Source of the DNA: Polyangiaceae bacterium
Lineage (GTDB): Bacteria; Myxococcota_A; Polyangia; Polyangiales; Polyangiaceae
Direction: 5' to 3'
NCBI GenBank assembly: GCA_044376115.1
Contig: JBILLK010000005.1
Span: forward strand, 224,001-288,000
Length of the DNA stretch: 64,000 nt
Shown here: positions 45,687 through 55,163 of the stretch, piece after piece
Position numbering within the stretch: the first letter of the stretch is position 1
Layout: the number at the start of each line of letters is the position of its first letter
The notes under the pieces: generated by a model
What the model was told of the DNA's origin: nothing
The model's input: only the letters and a program-made list of their open reading frames with translations
The model's database searches: none
Translations under genes and position numbers: made by a program

Positions 45687-48608
45687 ATGACGGGTGGCGT
45701 GGAGCAAGGGGCTTGGCCAATAGCGATTAACGCGACGCAAGACGTCGCGTGCGGGGTGCGTCTTTGGTCGACGGCAGGTCGGCGTCGCGCAACCGTTGTC
45801 GTCAAAGCGACCTTCTTTTTGGTGCGGGGAGGGCCGATGCGGCTCGTGAACCCGGCGCCCATTCTGCTTGGCGATCAGCATCACGAGAACAACAGCGAGC
45901 GGAGTGTGGCTGCTCCCTCGGATATGGCGCCGTATCTTCCCCGTGGAGAGGTCGTGCTCACCGGGCACGCGCACGCTCCGACGCCGAGTCCGATGGTCCA
46001 GGTGCGGCTCGCGGTCATGGGCAATCGACCGCTCGTAGACAAGACGCTGCAGGTGTTTGGCGAGCGGATGTGGACGGAGGGTGATCAGCTGACAGCGCCA
46101 GTCCCGTTCACGCGGCTGCCGCTGCGCTATGAACGTGGAGCAACGGGCCCTGTTGGATACGAGGAAAATCCGGTGGGGATGGTCAAGGGAGTAGGGCTGC
46201 CGGCGCACAACATCGTTGACCCTCAGGACCAAGACGCTTGCGCTGGGTTCGGCGCTATTTCAGGTCGCTGGCAGACGCGGAAACGGCTGTTGCGCAACCT
46301 CGACGCGGCGGTGCTCGATCAGTCTGAGCCGGCCCTTCCCGACACCTTCGCGTGGAGCTACTTCCATGTTGCGCCGCCCGATCAGCGCTGCCCCTTCTTC
46401 GAAGGCACCGAGTGGCTCGTACTCGAAGGCTTGCACCCTGAGTTTCAGCGCTTCGAGTCGCAGCTGCCCAGCGCCTTGGGACAAGCGCGGGTCTATTCGA
46501 CTTCCCACTCCGAGTTCGAGACCGTGCCGATGTTCGCCGACACGCTTTGGGTCGACAGCGATCGCTCGCTCTGTTGCGTATCGTGGCGGGGCAACTTCGA
46601 GGTTCAGCAGGACGTTTCTCCGCTGCAGATCTTCGCCGGCCTCGAGATGCCTGGGCGGCCTGTCCCTTGGCCCATGCCTTCGTTGCCACCGCCGGCTCCA
46701 GCCGCGGTTCCCGCCGCGATGTCGCTGGTTGAGCCGACGTATGCGGGCCAAGCCTTACCCGCGCCGTCCTTGCCCAATACGCAAGCTGCGCCTGAGCCCA
46801 CGGAGCGAGCTGGCAAGGCCGCTTCGGTCGAAGTCGATCCGAAAGCCGAACTGAAGCGCACTCTCGCTTCTCCGGGGACCGCGACGTCGGCGATGATTGA
46901 GACGGTCGTCCGCGGGCGGGCGCCTGCGCGCACCGCCCCGCCCGAGGTGACCTCGCCCCGTGCCGCTGTGCAGCCCCGGCTCGAGCCAGCACCCGGTCCA
47001 GAGAGCGTAACCTCCATCAAAGTAGACCCAGCGTGGCTCGATGAAGCCGAGCGCCGTGCGTTAGCCGGAGACGCTGCGACCGATTCCGAGCGCCTCAACT
47101 CCACGATGACGCAGGCTCCGAGTGAGCTGCAGTCGTTGCTCGCGAAGGCAGCACCGTCGGCCCCAGCGCCGCTTCGCCGTGGTCCCTTTGAAGACTCCCC
47201 AACCGTCGCGCCCGACATCGACCAACTCGCACAGATCATCCGCACAGCCGAAGCGTCATCGGCGCAGACGGTTGAGCCAGCTCGCACTCCGCCGCCAAAA
47301 GCGGAGCCGGTGGGTACCAGGCCCGAACCGGTCGCCGTTCGCGCGCTTCGTACGACCATTCGTGGCTTGGGGGTGGGAGCTCGGGATTCAGCGCCACCGA
47401 GTGAGGAGGAGCCGCCTCCGACCAACGCCGGCAACGTGGCGCACGACCTGCTGTCCGGTGGGGACGGTCCAACGCGGCAATTGGCTGTTCCCGATGCATT
47501 GCTCAGGATGTCGGCGGGGGCGTCGGGCTTGAGCGCTGAACCGACTGTGGTTGCGACGAATGCAGCACAGCTTGCCGCGACGATGGCTCCGGCAACGTCG
47601 CCCAACCCCGAGCCCTCCTGGGCTGCTCCGGAGTCGGTCGCCGCGGTCGTGGCTCCGTCGCAACACGGCTCGGTGCTGATCGCCCAACCCATGGATGACT
47701 TCGACGAAGACGAGACGGGGCGCCCGACGATGACGGGAATGGAAGCGCCTCCGATCTCGGCCCAAAGTCCATTGCCGCAGGTCCACCGTGGGGAGACCAA
47801 GATGGAAGTCGAGCGGCGGATGCGTGAGGGCGAGCCGCTCGAGGGGCTCGACCTGTCGAACTTGGACCTCGCTGGCTTCGACTTCTCCGGTAAGGTCCTT
47901 TCGCGTTGCAAGTTCGATCGGGCGAGCTTGGTGCGCTGTCGTTTTATCGGCACGAACCTCGCGGGAGCCTCGTTTCGTGGCGCCGATCTCACGAACGCGA
48001 CGCTTGAATCAGCCAACCTGGAGCGCGCGAGTTTTGCCGCCTCTAAGCTTGATGGCGCTTCATTGCGTGGTGCGTTTCTTTCGGATGCGAGCTTTTCCGG
48101 CGCCGAGGGGAAGCGGCCCATCTTCGACGCCTCGTCTGGGCAGCGGATCACGTTTGCGCGCTGTGAGTTGCTCGACGCTCAGTTTCTTGGCGTTCAATAC
48201 GATGCCGCAGACTTCACCGAAGCTTCGTTGGATGGCGCCAATCTCGAGGGGAGCCTGTTGCCGGATTTGAAGGCAAGCGAGCTTTCCGCCCGCGGCGCCG
48301 TGTTTAGCCGTTCAACGTTGCAGAACGCGCAGTTCACGCAGGCGCGCCTGCCCGCGGCGCTTTTTGATTTGGTCATTGCGGAAGAGTCGAACTGGGAGTC
48401 TGCGTCGGTCGAAGGTGGTTCGCTAGCGGGAGCCCGACTTGCGGGCGCTAGCTTTGCGTCAGCCACGCTGCGCGGCGTCGATCTGCGAGGTGCCTTGATC
48501 GCCGAAGCACGCTTTCCCAACGCCGACCTATCGAACGCCAACATCGCTGGGCTCGACCCTACCGGTTTGGGGCTCGACGGAGCCAATCTCACTGGCGCTT
48601 TGCGATGA
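45687..48608 (+). CDS. DUF2169 - low-complexity linker - pentapeptide-repeat fusion protein
   Basis: TVVVKATF, SDMAPYLPRGEVVLTGHA, PLRYERA..G..NPVG, GFGAI..W..R, APPDQ, DTLWVD..WRG; C-terminal A(N/D/S)(L/F)xx pentapeptide repeats. Confidence 0.9.
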   Translation: MTGGVEQGAWPIAINATQDVACGVRLWSTAGRRRATVVVKATFFLVRGGPMRLVNPAPILLGDQHHENNSERSVAAPSDMAPYLPRGEVVLTGHAHAPTPSPMVQVRLAVMGNRPLVDKTLQVFGERMWTEGDQLTAPVPFTRLPLRYERGATGPVGYEENPVGMVKGVGLPAHNIVDPQDQDACAGFGAISGRWQTRKRLLRNLDAAVLDQSEPALPDTFAWSYFHVAPPDQRCPFFEGTEWLVLEGLHPEFQRFESQLPSALGQARVYSTSHSEFETVPMFADTLWVDSDRSLCCVSWRGNFEVQQDVSPLQIFAGLEMPGRPVPWPMPSLPPPAPAAVPAAMSLVEPTYAGQALPAPSLPNTQAAPEPTERAGKAASVEVDPKAELKRTLASPGTATSAMIETVVRGRAPARTAPPEVTSPRAAVQPRLEPAPGPESVTSIKVDPAWLDEAERRALAGDAATDSERLNSTMTQAPSELQSLLAKAAPSAPAPLRRGPFEDSPTVAPDIDQLAQIIRTAEASSAQTVEPARTPPPKAEPVGTRPEPVAVRALRTTIRGLGVGARDSAPPSEEEPPPTNAGNVAHDLLSGGDGPTRQLAVPDALLRMSAGASGLSAEPTVVATNAAQLAATMAPATSPNPEPSWAAPESVAAVVAPSQHGSVLIAQPMDDFDEDETGRPTMTGMEAPPISAQSPLPQVHRGETKMEVERRMREGEPLEGLDLSNLDLAGFDFSGKVLSRCKFDRASLVRCRFIGTNLAGASFRGADLTNATLESANLERASFAASKLDGASLRGAFLSDASFSGAEGKRPIFDASSGQRITFARCELLDAQFLGVQYDAADFTEASLDGANLEGSLLPDLKASELSARGAVFSRSTLQNAQFTQARLPAALFDLVIAEESNWESASVEGGSLAGARLAGASFASATLRGVDLRGALIAEARFPNADLSNANIAGLDPTGLGLDGANLTGALR

Positions 48609-48630
48609 GCAGGTAGTGAAGGCATGACCC

Positions 48631-49185
48631 GTGGCGTCGCTGACCGCTGAACCACGCTATCGGGAGACGATGGCAGCTGGTCGAAGGCTGCTGTCGAGCG
48701 GTGAGTCGTCGGTGGTGATGTCGCAACTGTTGCTCGCGTCCTTCTCCGAAGGCCCAGTGATCGAGCTGGCGGTGCGGCGGGTGGTAGCCGCCGCTTTGTT
48801 GCTCTCTGGCATCATTGGCACGTTGATCCTGGTCGGGGCCGTGCCCCCATTGATCGGAGCGATCACGGCCTCCTGGCTCATAGGCTCCGGTCTTTCTGTG
48901 CTCTACGTGCGTCGGCGGCGCGGTCAGCTTGGCAGCTTGCTGATGGACTTTGACGCCAGTACCGTCCGCTTCGAGACCTTGCGAGGTAACTCTGAACAGC
49001 ACGCCTTGAGCGCGGTCTCGATCGAAACGACGCGGTCTGCCGACGCGGCGGCGCCGGTTTGGGTGCTGCTCGTCACTCCCTCCGGCTTCTTTCGAATCGG
49101 GCGCGGTACCGAATCCGACGCTGAACGTCTTCTCGGTATCTTTCGCGGATACCACGTGCCGGTTAAGCGACGCGACGTAAGCTAG
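48631..49185 (+). CDS. Hypothetical 2-TM membrane protein with possible PH-like C-terminus
   Basis: Two hydrophobic segments followed by a beta-rich soluble tail; fills the gap between neighbours. Confidence 0.65.
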   Translation: MASLTAEPRYRETMAAGRRLLSSGESSVVMSQLLLASFSEGPVIELAVRRVVAAALLLSGIIGTLILVGAVPPLIGAITASWLIGSGLSVLYVRRRRGQLGSLLMDFDASTVRFETLRGNSEQHALSAVSIETTRSADAAAPVWVLLVTPSGFFRIGRGTESDAERLLGIFRGYHVPVKRRDVS

Positions 49186-49251
49186 TCCGCTTGGCCGATC
49201 GGTCGCGATCCGAAGCGAACTCGCTGCGAGATCGTTTAGGCTTCCCGAAGA

Positions 49252-50571
49252 TTGTCGACGGCCGTTGGAAGACCTCAGCTGTTGGTTGGTGCCCGCTACC
49301 AACTGGACGAACTCATCGGTCGAGGCGCGATGGGCGAGGTCTGGCGCGCAAAAGACCAGGTCACGCAGACTCTCGTGGCGCTCAAGCTCGTCGCTATCGA
49401 TCGCGAGCAAGGCGGGCTCGACCGCCTCACGAACGAGGCGCGTTCTGCGAGCGCGATCAACAACCCGCACGTCGTGAAGATCCTGGATCACGGCTACCAC
49501 GAGGGCATCGCCTTCATCGCGATGGAGCTGCTGCGCGGGGAGACGCTTGCCTCGAGGTTGCGCCGTATGACCAAGTTGGGCCCGGTCGAAACCGTGAGCG
49601 TGGTGCGCCAAGTGGCGTTGGGGCTGGCCGTGGCTCACCGCTTGAACATCGTGCATCGCGATTTGAAGCCAGAGAACGTCTTTCTGGCCAACACCGAACT
49701 TGGGGAGGAGGTGAAGATCCTCGACTTCGGAATCGCGAAGTCGTTCGGGTCCCAGGCGAACCAGACGCAACAGGGCGTGGTGGTCGGCACCCCCGCTTAT
49801 CTGAGCCATGAGCAGATCATGGGCACGCACCCTGTGGATGCGCGCACGGATTTCTGGGCCTTGGCGATCGTGACCTTCGAATGTCTCACCGGCCATCTGC
49901 CTTATGAAGCCTCAACGGTAGCCGAGCTGTTCGTCCAGATCGTTGGTCCGGCGCGAGAGAACGCGCTCGTCAAAAGTGCCCTGCCACCAGCGTTCAAGAC
50001 CTGGTTTCGGCGAGCCACCGATCCTGACCCCGATGAGCGGTTCGAGTCCGGTCGCGAGTTCGTCGAGGAGTTGCGTCGTGCACTGCTGCCCAATGCGGCG
50101 GTCTCGGAGTGGGAGCTTGAGTCGTCGGTTCAACTCAATGCCCGCCCCACCCGGCGACGCTTGGCGCTCTTGGTAGGCGCGCTGCTCGTGCTCGCGACTT
50201 CGCTTTCGGTTTGGGCGGTGCTGGCTTTCATCGGCAAGGCCGGGCCGAGTAACTCAGGGAGAGACGGTGCGACCGCGGAACCTTCGGTCGCTGTGTCGGC
50301 GCAACTCCCGGTGACCTCAGAAACACCTGATGCTGCGCCTTCGGTCGCGCTGCCGGCTGCGGACCCATCGGCTGCTGCGGTCCCGGTGCCGTCTGCTGTC
50401 TCGACCGACTCCGCTGCGGCCAGCGACCCCGCCATCCCCGCTGAACCGCCCGCCGCGAGCGCCTCTGTGAGCGTTGCAGCGCCGAGCAGCGTGCCCTCGG
50501 TTTCTGCCGTGGTGCCCAGCTCCAAGCCGCAGGTAAAGCGCCCGCGTGATCGTTGGGGGCTAGGGATCTAG
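49252..50571 (+). CDS. Hanks-type Ser/Thr protein kinase, single TM, Ala/Pro/Ser-rich tail
   Basis: IGRGAMGEVW, VALK, HRDLKPEN, DFG, GTPAYLSHE, DFWALA. Confidence 0.93.
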   Translation: MSTAVGRPQLLVGARYQLDELIGRGAMGEVWRAKDQVTQTLVALKLVAIDREQGGLDRLTNEARSASAINNPHVVKILDHGYHEGIAFIAMELLRGETLASRLRRMTKLGPVETVSVVRQVALGLAVAHRLNIVHRDLKPENVFLANTELGEEVKILDFGIAKSFGSQANQTQQGVVVGTPAYLSHEQIMGTHPVDARTDFWALAIVTFECLTGHLPYEASTVAELFVQIVGPARENALVKSALPPAFKTWFRRATDPDPDERFESGREFVEELRRALLPNAAVSEWELESSVQLNARPTRRRLALLVGALLVLATSLSVWAVLAFIGKAGPSNSGRDGATAEPSVAVSAQLPVTSETPDAAPSVALPAADPSAAAVPVPSAVSTDSAAASDPAIPAEPPAASASVSVAAPSSVPSVSAVVPSSKPQVKRPRDRWGLGI

Positions 50572-50576
50572 CGTCG

Positions 50577-51320
50577 CTACGAAAGTTGCTCGGTGGTGCG
50601 GCCGCGTTGCCAACGCGCAGGGAGCGTCACCGTGAAGTCTCTTGGGGAGGCGTGGAACTCGACGCGCGCGTCTCCCTCCGCCTCGCGGGCCATGAGAGGC
50701 AGGCCGCGTCCAATCTGCTCGCCCATCCCGAGCACGCGAGCGGTGGCCGCGATGATGGGGTTGCGCGGGTGGGAGATCCCGCCCTCCTTTGCGACTTCGT
50801 CGACATCGGAGAAGCCCTCGGGGGGGCCGCCGGGGCTCCAAATCTCGAGCCGATCGGAGAACAGCCTCAGCGCGACTCGGCTGGGCTTCCGCAGATCGCG
50901 GTGGACCAGGGCGTTGACCAGGGCCTCGCGCACTTTCAGAGCGTCATACTCAGCCAGGCCATTGGTGAGATTGCGGGCTGCCACGAACTCCACGCACTGC
51001 GACAAGAGAGCGGGCAGAGCGCCGTCGAGGTTGTGCTGCTCGATCACCGGCGCCGTGAGATCCGTCCCACGAAGGTGAACCGCGACCACGCCCCACTCAG
51101 GGAAAAAGGCCTGGGGTAGCAAGCCGAACAAGTAAAGGCCGGCGGTGCTTGGAACTAGCCGCGGGCTGATTTTGGAAAGGAGCCCGAGACGGACAGCCAC
51201 TTCCTCGCGCGTGTGCAGGGCAAGCAACGTCCCGGCGCGGCGCTCCACAAAGCGAAAGAGCTGGCTGGTATCGAGATCATCGAGTTCTGCCGCAGAAATA
51301 GCCAAACGCTCGTTGCTCAT
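50577..51320 (-). CDS. Stand-alone HATPase_c_4 ('RecG C-terminal-like') domain protein
   Basis: AGLYLFG..PQ, REALVNALVHRD, DRLEIWSPGG, RNPIIA, EQIGRGL; ATG at 51320. Confidence 0.8.
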   Translation of the reverse strand: MSNERLAISAAELDDLDTSQLFRFVERRAGTLLALHTREEVAVRLGLLSKISPRLVPSTAGLYLFGLLPQAFFPEWGVVAVHLRGTDLTAPVIEQHNLDGALPALLSQCVEFVAARNLTNGLAEYDALKVREALVNALVHRDLRKPSRVALRLFSDRLEIWSPGGPPEGFSDVDEVAKEGGISHPRNPIIAATARVLGMGEQIGRGLPLMAREAEGDARVEFHASPRDFTVTLPARWQRGRTTEQLS

Positions 51321-51339
51321 GTCTGACCTCGATCGAAAG

Positions 51340-53250
51340 CTAGTTGGGAGCGTCGGAAGGTGACTCAGCACCGAGCTCGTAGTCGACGTTGATGCCAAGG
51401 TGCTTCATCAGACGAATGGCGTTGGTGCTCTCAACCACGCCCGACTTGAGCTTGTAGTCGAACACCATTTTGCCTTCCTCGAGATGGTCGGAGAAGTGGA
51501 CCTTCTGGACCAACCCTTCGCTCTCATCAGCGATCGCCACGAGGGCAAAGTCATGCGTGGAAACACCACCAACCGCGCCTCTTCGAATCAGGTCCAGCAC
51601 GACTCCGCGGGCTCCGATCGAGCGCTCGTGCGAGTTGGTCCCGTGCAAGATTTCGTCGAGCAGAAAGAGCACCGGGTCTCCACCTTGCGCGGAGCTTACG
51701 ATTGCCTTCAGGCGCACCAACTCAGCGTAGAAGTGGCTCATCCCACGCTCGAGCGCATCCCCAATGCGCATGCTGGTCCAGGTCTTCATCACGGTAAGTG
51801 AGGCCTGTTTTGCGCACACGGGGAGCCCAGCGTTGGCCATGATCGAGCACAAGCCAACCGCGCGCAGGTAGGTGCTCTTGCCCGACATATTGGAACCCGT
51901 AATCAAGAGAGCGCGCTGCTTCGGGGAAAAGCTGGCGTCGTTCACCACACGCTTGTCTTTGTTGATCAGCGGGTGCCCCAAGCCTTGGGCCTCGAGAGCA
52001 GGCGCGCCATCCGATACGGAGGGCCAAGCGTAGTTCGGGTTCTCCCCAGCAAAGGTGGCGATGCTCGCAAGCGCCTCAAGTTCACCGAGGGCGACCAACC
52101 AAGCGCGGGTGCGCTTGCCGCAACGCGCGCGCCAGCGTTCGAGCGCCAACGCAACCCACAGGTCGTACAGAAAGACCGCGTTGACGAACATGTGCACGAT
52201 GGCGTTGTGCCGTAGGTCGGCGAACCCGATCACGCGCTCGAGCAGGGCGATCTCTCGGCTCGCTGTGTGCTCACCGGCGCGCAGAGTCTCGACGATCCGC
52301 TTCAAGCTCGGCGACTCGAAGGCTGTCTGCGCCTCGACCAGCTCGAACACACGACGGAACTTGCCGAGCGGCGCCTCACGCGAGGAGACGAAGGTGACCA
52401 TGCGATCGATCGGACGAAACAGCGAGCCAAGGAGCACCAGCTGGCTCACGAAGGAGATCAGGTAGGCGTAGCCCAACAGCGGTGCGACGTTGCTCAAGAG
52501 GCCGCGCACGAGAAAGAGCGTGATCGTAAGCGGAACAACCAGCCGTGCGGCGAGGATGAGGGTGGCGCGCGAAGCCGGAGCCCCGTTTGGACGCCCACCG
52601 ATCGGGAGCTCGGCCGGTGCCTCTCCCCAAACAGCCAGTGGCTCTGCCGCGCGCCCGCGACTTTCAGCACGGCGAGCATGAACGGCTAGGTCCTCCAAAA
52701 AGGCCGGTGTCAGCAGCAGCTCTTTGGCTGCCTCCTGACGCGCTCGCACGGTGTCGGCCGACGTCGTCGTCAGTAAGAATTGCGCTAGAGACTCCTCGCC
52801 GATCGAGGTCTCCGCCCTGGAAATCAGCTGAAACAGCGAATGTTCACCAAACAGATCGAGGTCGGACGCGTTCTCGTGCTCCGGCTTGTCGAAGCGCTTC
52901 CCAAACGGATCGGGGTTGCTCTTTTTGGACGCCGACGCGACGGCTTCCCCCCGCATGCGCGCCTGACCAGCCTTCAGGTAGGTCTCGCGTTCGGTGAGCA
53001 ACATTTGTTCGGAGAGCACGAACGTGTGGAGCACCACCAGAAGGATGAACAGGGCGACGAGAACGCCGAGCGTGATGGTCGACCACAGCGGCCAGCCGAG
53101 TACGAAATTGGTGATCAGCACGCCGATCGACGCGAGCACCGTGAGGCCTCTCCGCGACGAGAATACGTCGCTGCGGTCAGCGATGTTCTTCTGGAGTGCG
53201 GACAGTGCGGAAAGCCGTTTTTCGTAGTGCGCGGTAAGCCCCTCTGCCAC
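51340..53250 (-). CDS. Membrane-anchored MutS-related ATPase (MutS domain V, no mismatch-binding domain)
   Basis: Two pairs of TM segments; DLDLFGEHSLF, LGHPL, LITGSNMSGKST (Walker A), SHFYAEL, FLLDEILHGTN (Walker B), STHD, FDYKL. Confidence 0.9.
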   Translation of the reverse strand: MAEGLTAHYEKRLSALSALQKNIADRSDVFSSRRGLTVLASIGVLITNFVLGWPLWSTITLGVLVALFILLVVLHTFVLSEQMLLTERETYLKAGQARMRGEAVASASKKSNPDPFGKRFDKPEHENASDLDLFGEHSLFQLISRAETSIGEESLAQFLLTTTSADTVRARQEAAKELLLTPAFLEDLAVHARRAESRGRAAEPLAVWGEAPAELPIGGRPNGAPASRATLILAARLVVPLTITLFLVRGLLSNVAPLLGYAYLISFVSQLVLLGSLFRPIDRMVTFVSSREAPLGKFRRVFELVEAQTAFESPSLKRIVETLRAGEHTASREIALLERVIGFADLRHNAIVHMFVNAVFLYDLWVALALERWRARCGKRTRAWLVALGELEALASIATFAGENPNYAWPSVSDGAPALEAQGLGHPLINKDKRVVNDASFSPKQRALLITGSNMSGKSTYLRAVGLCSIMANAGLPVCAKQASLTVMKTWTSMRIGDALERGMSHFYAELVRLKAIVSSAQGGDPVLFLLDEILHGTNSHERSIGARGVVLDLIRRGAVGGVSTHDFALVAIADESEGLVQKVHFSDHLEEGKMVFDYKLKSGVVESTNAIRLMKHLGINVDYELGAESPSDAPN

Positions 53251-53357
53251 CTGGCGGAAGTAGCACGGCCACTCCGGCCTGGCACTCTCCAGATTGCCTT
53301 GTGCTTTGGGCTCTGTGAGCCGAGGACGAATCGCTCGTGATGGTCTAATCTGCGCCC

Positions 53358-53921
53358 GTGATCGACCGCAACTCGGCTTTTGTTTGCATCATGATCCTGG
53401 GTTTAGCCGCCGGCTGTTCGCCGCCGCGGCGCGCGCCGGTTGCTCCGTGTCCCCCCGCCGCGCCGATGACGGATCCGCGCGTCCTCGATGGAATTGCCCG
53501 CATCGAAGGCTCGCTGCGGATGGCGCCGGCGGTGGAGCCAGCAGCTGGCGCGGGCAGTGATGCCTTCAAGGATCTGGCCGCACAGCGGCTGGGCCTGGCT
53601 CAGCGGCAGGCCGAAACCAAGCGCACCATCGACGCGCTGGTGTTGCGGATCCAACGCGCGCGTAAGGCTGCGCGTGCGTTGGCCGAGTCCGACAGCGACC
53701 GAGCGGTGATCTCCGAGACCTTGCTCGACCTCGATGAGGGCAAGCCCCTACCGAAGTTGCCCAAGCGTTTGGGCGAGCGCGAGCCGATCAAAGACGCCGC
53801 TGAAGCGCATGCACTTTTGACGAAGGCGCGCGAACAGCTCAAGCGGCTCGACGGTCAGATCGATGCGATTGACGCGACGCTCGCTTCGGCTGGCCCCGGG
53901 CCGATCGTCGCTGCGCCCTAG
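53358..53921 (+). CDS. Hypothetical coiled-coil lipoprotein
   Basis: Lipobox LAAGC; heptad-rich helices. Confidence 0.65.
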   Translation: MIDRNSAFVCIMILGLAAGCSPPRRAPVAPCPPAAPMTDPRVLDGIARIEGSLRMAPAVEPAAGAGSDAFKDLAAQRLGLAQRQAETKRTIDALVLRIQRARKAARALAESDSDRAVISETLLDLDEGKPLPKLPKRLGEREPIKDAAEAHALLTKAREQLKRLDGQIDAIDATLASAGPGPIVAAP

Positions 53922-55111
53922 ACGACGAACGCGGCGTGAAGCTTTTGTGAGAGCTCGCTGGTTTGCTCAGGGCGGACCACCGCAGTCAAACGCAGCGGAC
54001 CACCGACCAAAGCCAACGGTTGCGCTGCTTCGACAATGGCGCTGAAGTCGCGCAGCGCAGCGGCGTTACCGGCGAGCCCGTCGCCTACGACGCTGACGGC
54101 CGCTACATCTTCTTCGACGGTTGCCTTCGGCAAGGCGCGACGCAGCTTCTCCGCTGCGGCGGCCGGCGTCGGGTGGTTCAGCAGCGGAAACAGCGCCGTG
54201 CCGCTATCGAGGCCGAAGGTGAGGTCCTTGAACGGCAAGTCGAGCTCAACCAACTGCGCGATCACCGTGCTCCGCGAAAGCCCGTGGAACGATGCGCGCA
54301 GCAACTTCGTCTCGCTCGAGATCGCACGCACGTTGTGGCTGCGTTGCGGCCGGTTCGGGGTAATCACCGTCTCGCGACCGCGCTCAAAGGTCGAGCGTGC
54401 GGCCAACGTGATGCCGCGACGGCGCGCCCACTCGACGGCCTGCGCGCACACGACTTTGGCGCCACATTCGGCCATCTCCTGGAGCATGGCGTGATCCATC
54501 TCCGGCAGATGCACGGCCGCCGGAACGACGCGGGGGTCCGCGGAATAGACGCCATCCACGTCGCTGTAGATCTCACAGCGGTCAGCCTCGAGGGCGGCTG
54601 CGAGCGCTACCGCGGTGGTGTCGGAGCCACCGCGCCCGAGCGTGGTGATCTCGCGCTTGTAGCTCATGCCTTGGTAGCCGGCGACGATCACGATGTTGCC
54701 GCGATGCAGCTCATCCTCGATGCGGTGCGGACGAACCTCGATGATGCGCGCGTCGAAGTGTCGGTCGTTAGTAAGGATCCCCGACTGCGACCCAGTGAAC
54801 GATATAGCCGGAAATCCCCGGGCTTGTACCGCGATCGAAAGCAGCGACATCGATACGCGCTCGCCGGTCGAGACCAACATGTCGAGCTCGCGGCGAGCCG
54901 GTTCCACTTTGGCGCCGTCCACGGTTGCGACGTTGTGCGCCAGGGAGATTAGGCCGTCGGTGGTCTTGCCCATCGCGGAGACCACAACCACGACGTCGTT
55001 GCCCGCTCGTTTGGCTTCTACGACGCGGTCGGCTACGCGTCCGATCTTCTCGACGTCGGCGACGCTAGAACCGCCATACTTTTGAACGATGATGGGGCGG
55101 GAACGGGACAC
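53918..55111 (-). CDS. lysC: Aspartate kinase
   Basis: [50 protein letters not shown]. Confidence 0.92.
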   Translation of the reverse strand: MSRSRPIIVQKYGGSSVADVEKIGRVADRVVEAKRAGNDVVVVVSAMGKTTDGLISLAHNVATVDGAKVEPARRELDMLVSTGERVSMSLLSIAVQARGFPAISFTGSQSGILTNDRHFDARIIEVRPHRIEDELHRGNIVIVAGYQGMSYKREITTLGRGGSDTTAVALAAALEADRCEIYSDVDGVYSADPRVVPAAVHLPEMDHAMLQEMAECGAKVVCAQAVEWARRRGITLAARSTFERGRETVITPNRPQRSHNVRAISSETKLLRASFHGLSRSTVIAQLVELDLPFKDLTFGLDSGTALFPLLNHPTPAAAAEKLRRALPKATVEEDVAAVSVVGDGLAGNAAALRDFSAIVEAAQPLALVGGPLRLTAVVRPEQTSELSQKLHAAFVV

Positions 55112-55163
55112 TCGGCTCTCCTGAGTGTGGCGCTAGCATGCCGACCCTCACTGGGCCAAGCAA

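Noticed and set aside
44697..46232. 511-aa minus-strand ORF
   Set aside because: Overlaps two well-supported plus-strand genes (M19 dipeptidase, DUF2169); Arg/His-rich shadow translation.
46604..48151. 515-aa minus-strand ORF
   Set aside because: Antisense shadow of the low-complexity and pentapeptide region of the DUF2169 gene; no motifs; expected in high-GC coding DNA.
48589..49896. 435-aa minus-strand ORF
   Set aside because: Typical antisense frame of a Ser/Thr kinase gene.
51340..53250. Calling the MutS-related gene mutS or mutS2
   Set aside because: No mismatch-recognition domain or Smr domain; it has TM segments instead.
53280..53300. TGGCAC...TTGC motif as a sigma-54 promoter
   Set aside because: GG-to-GC spacing is 13 nt rather than the required 10.
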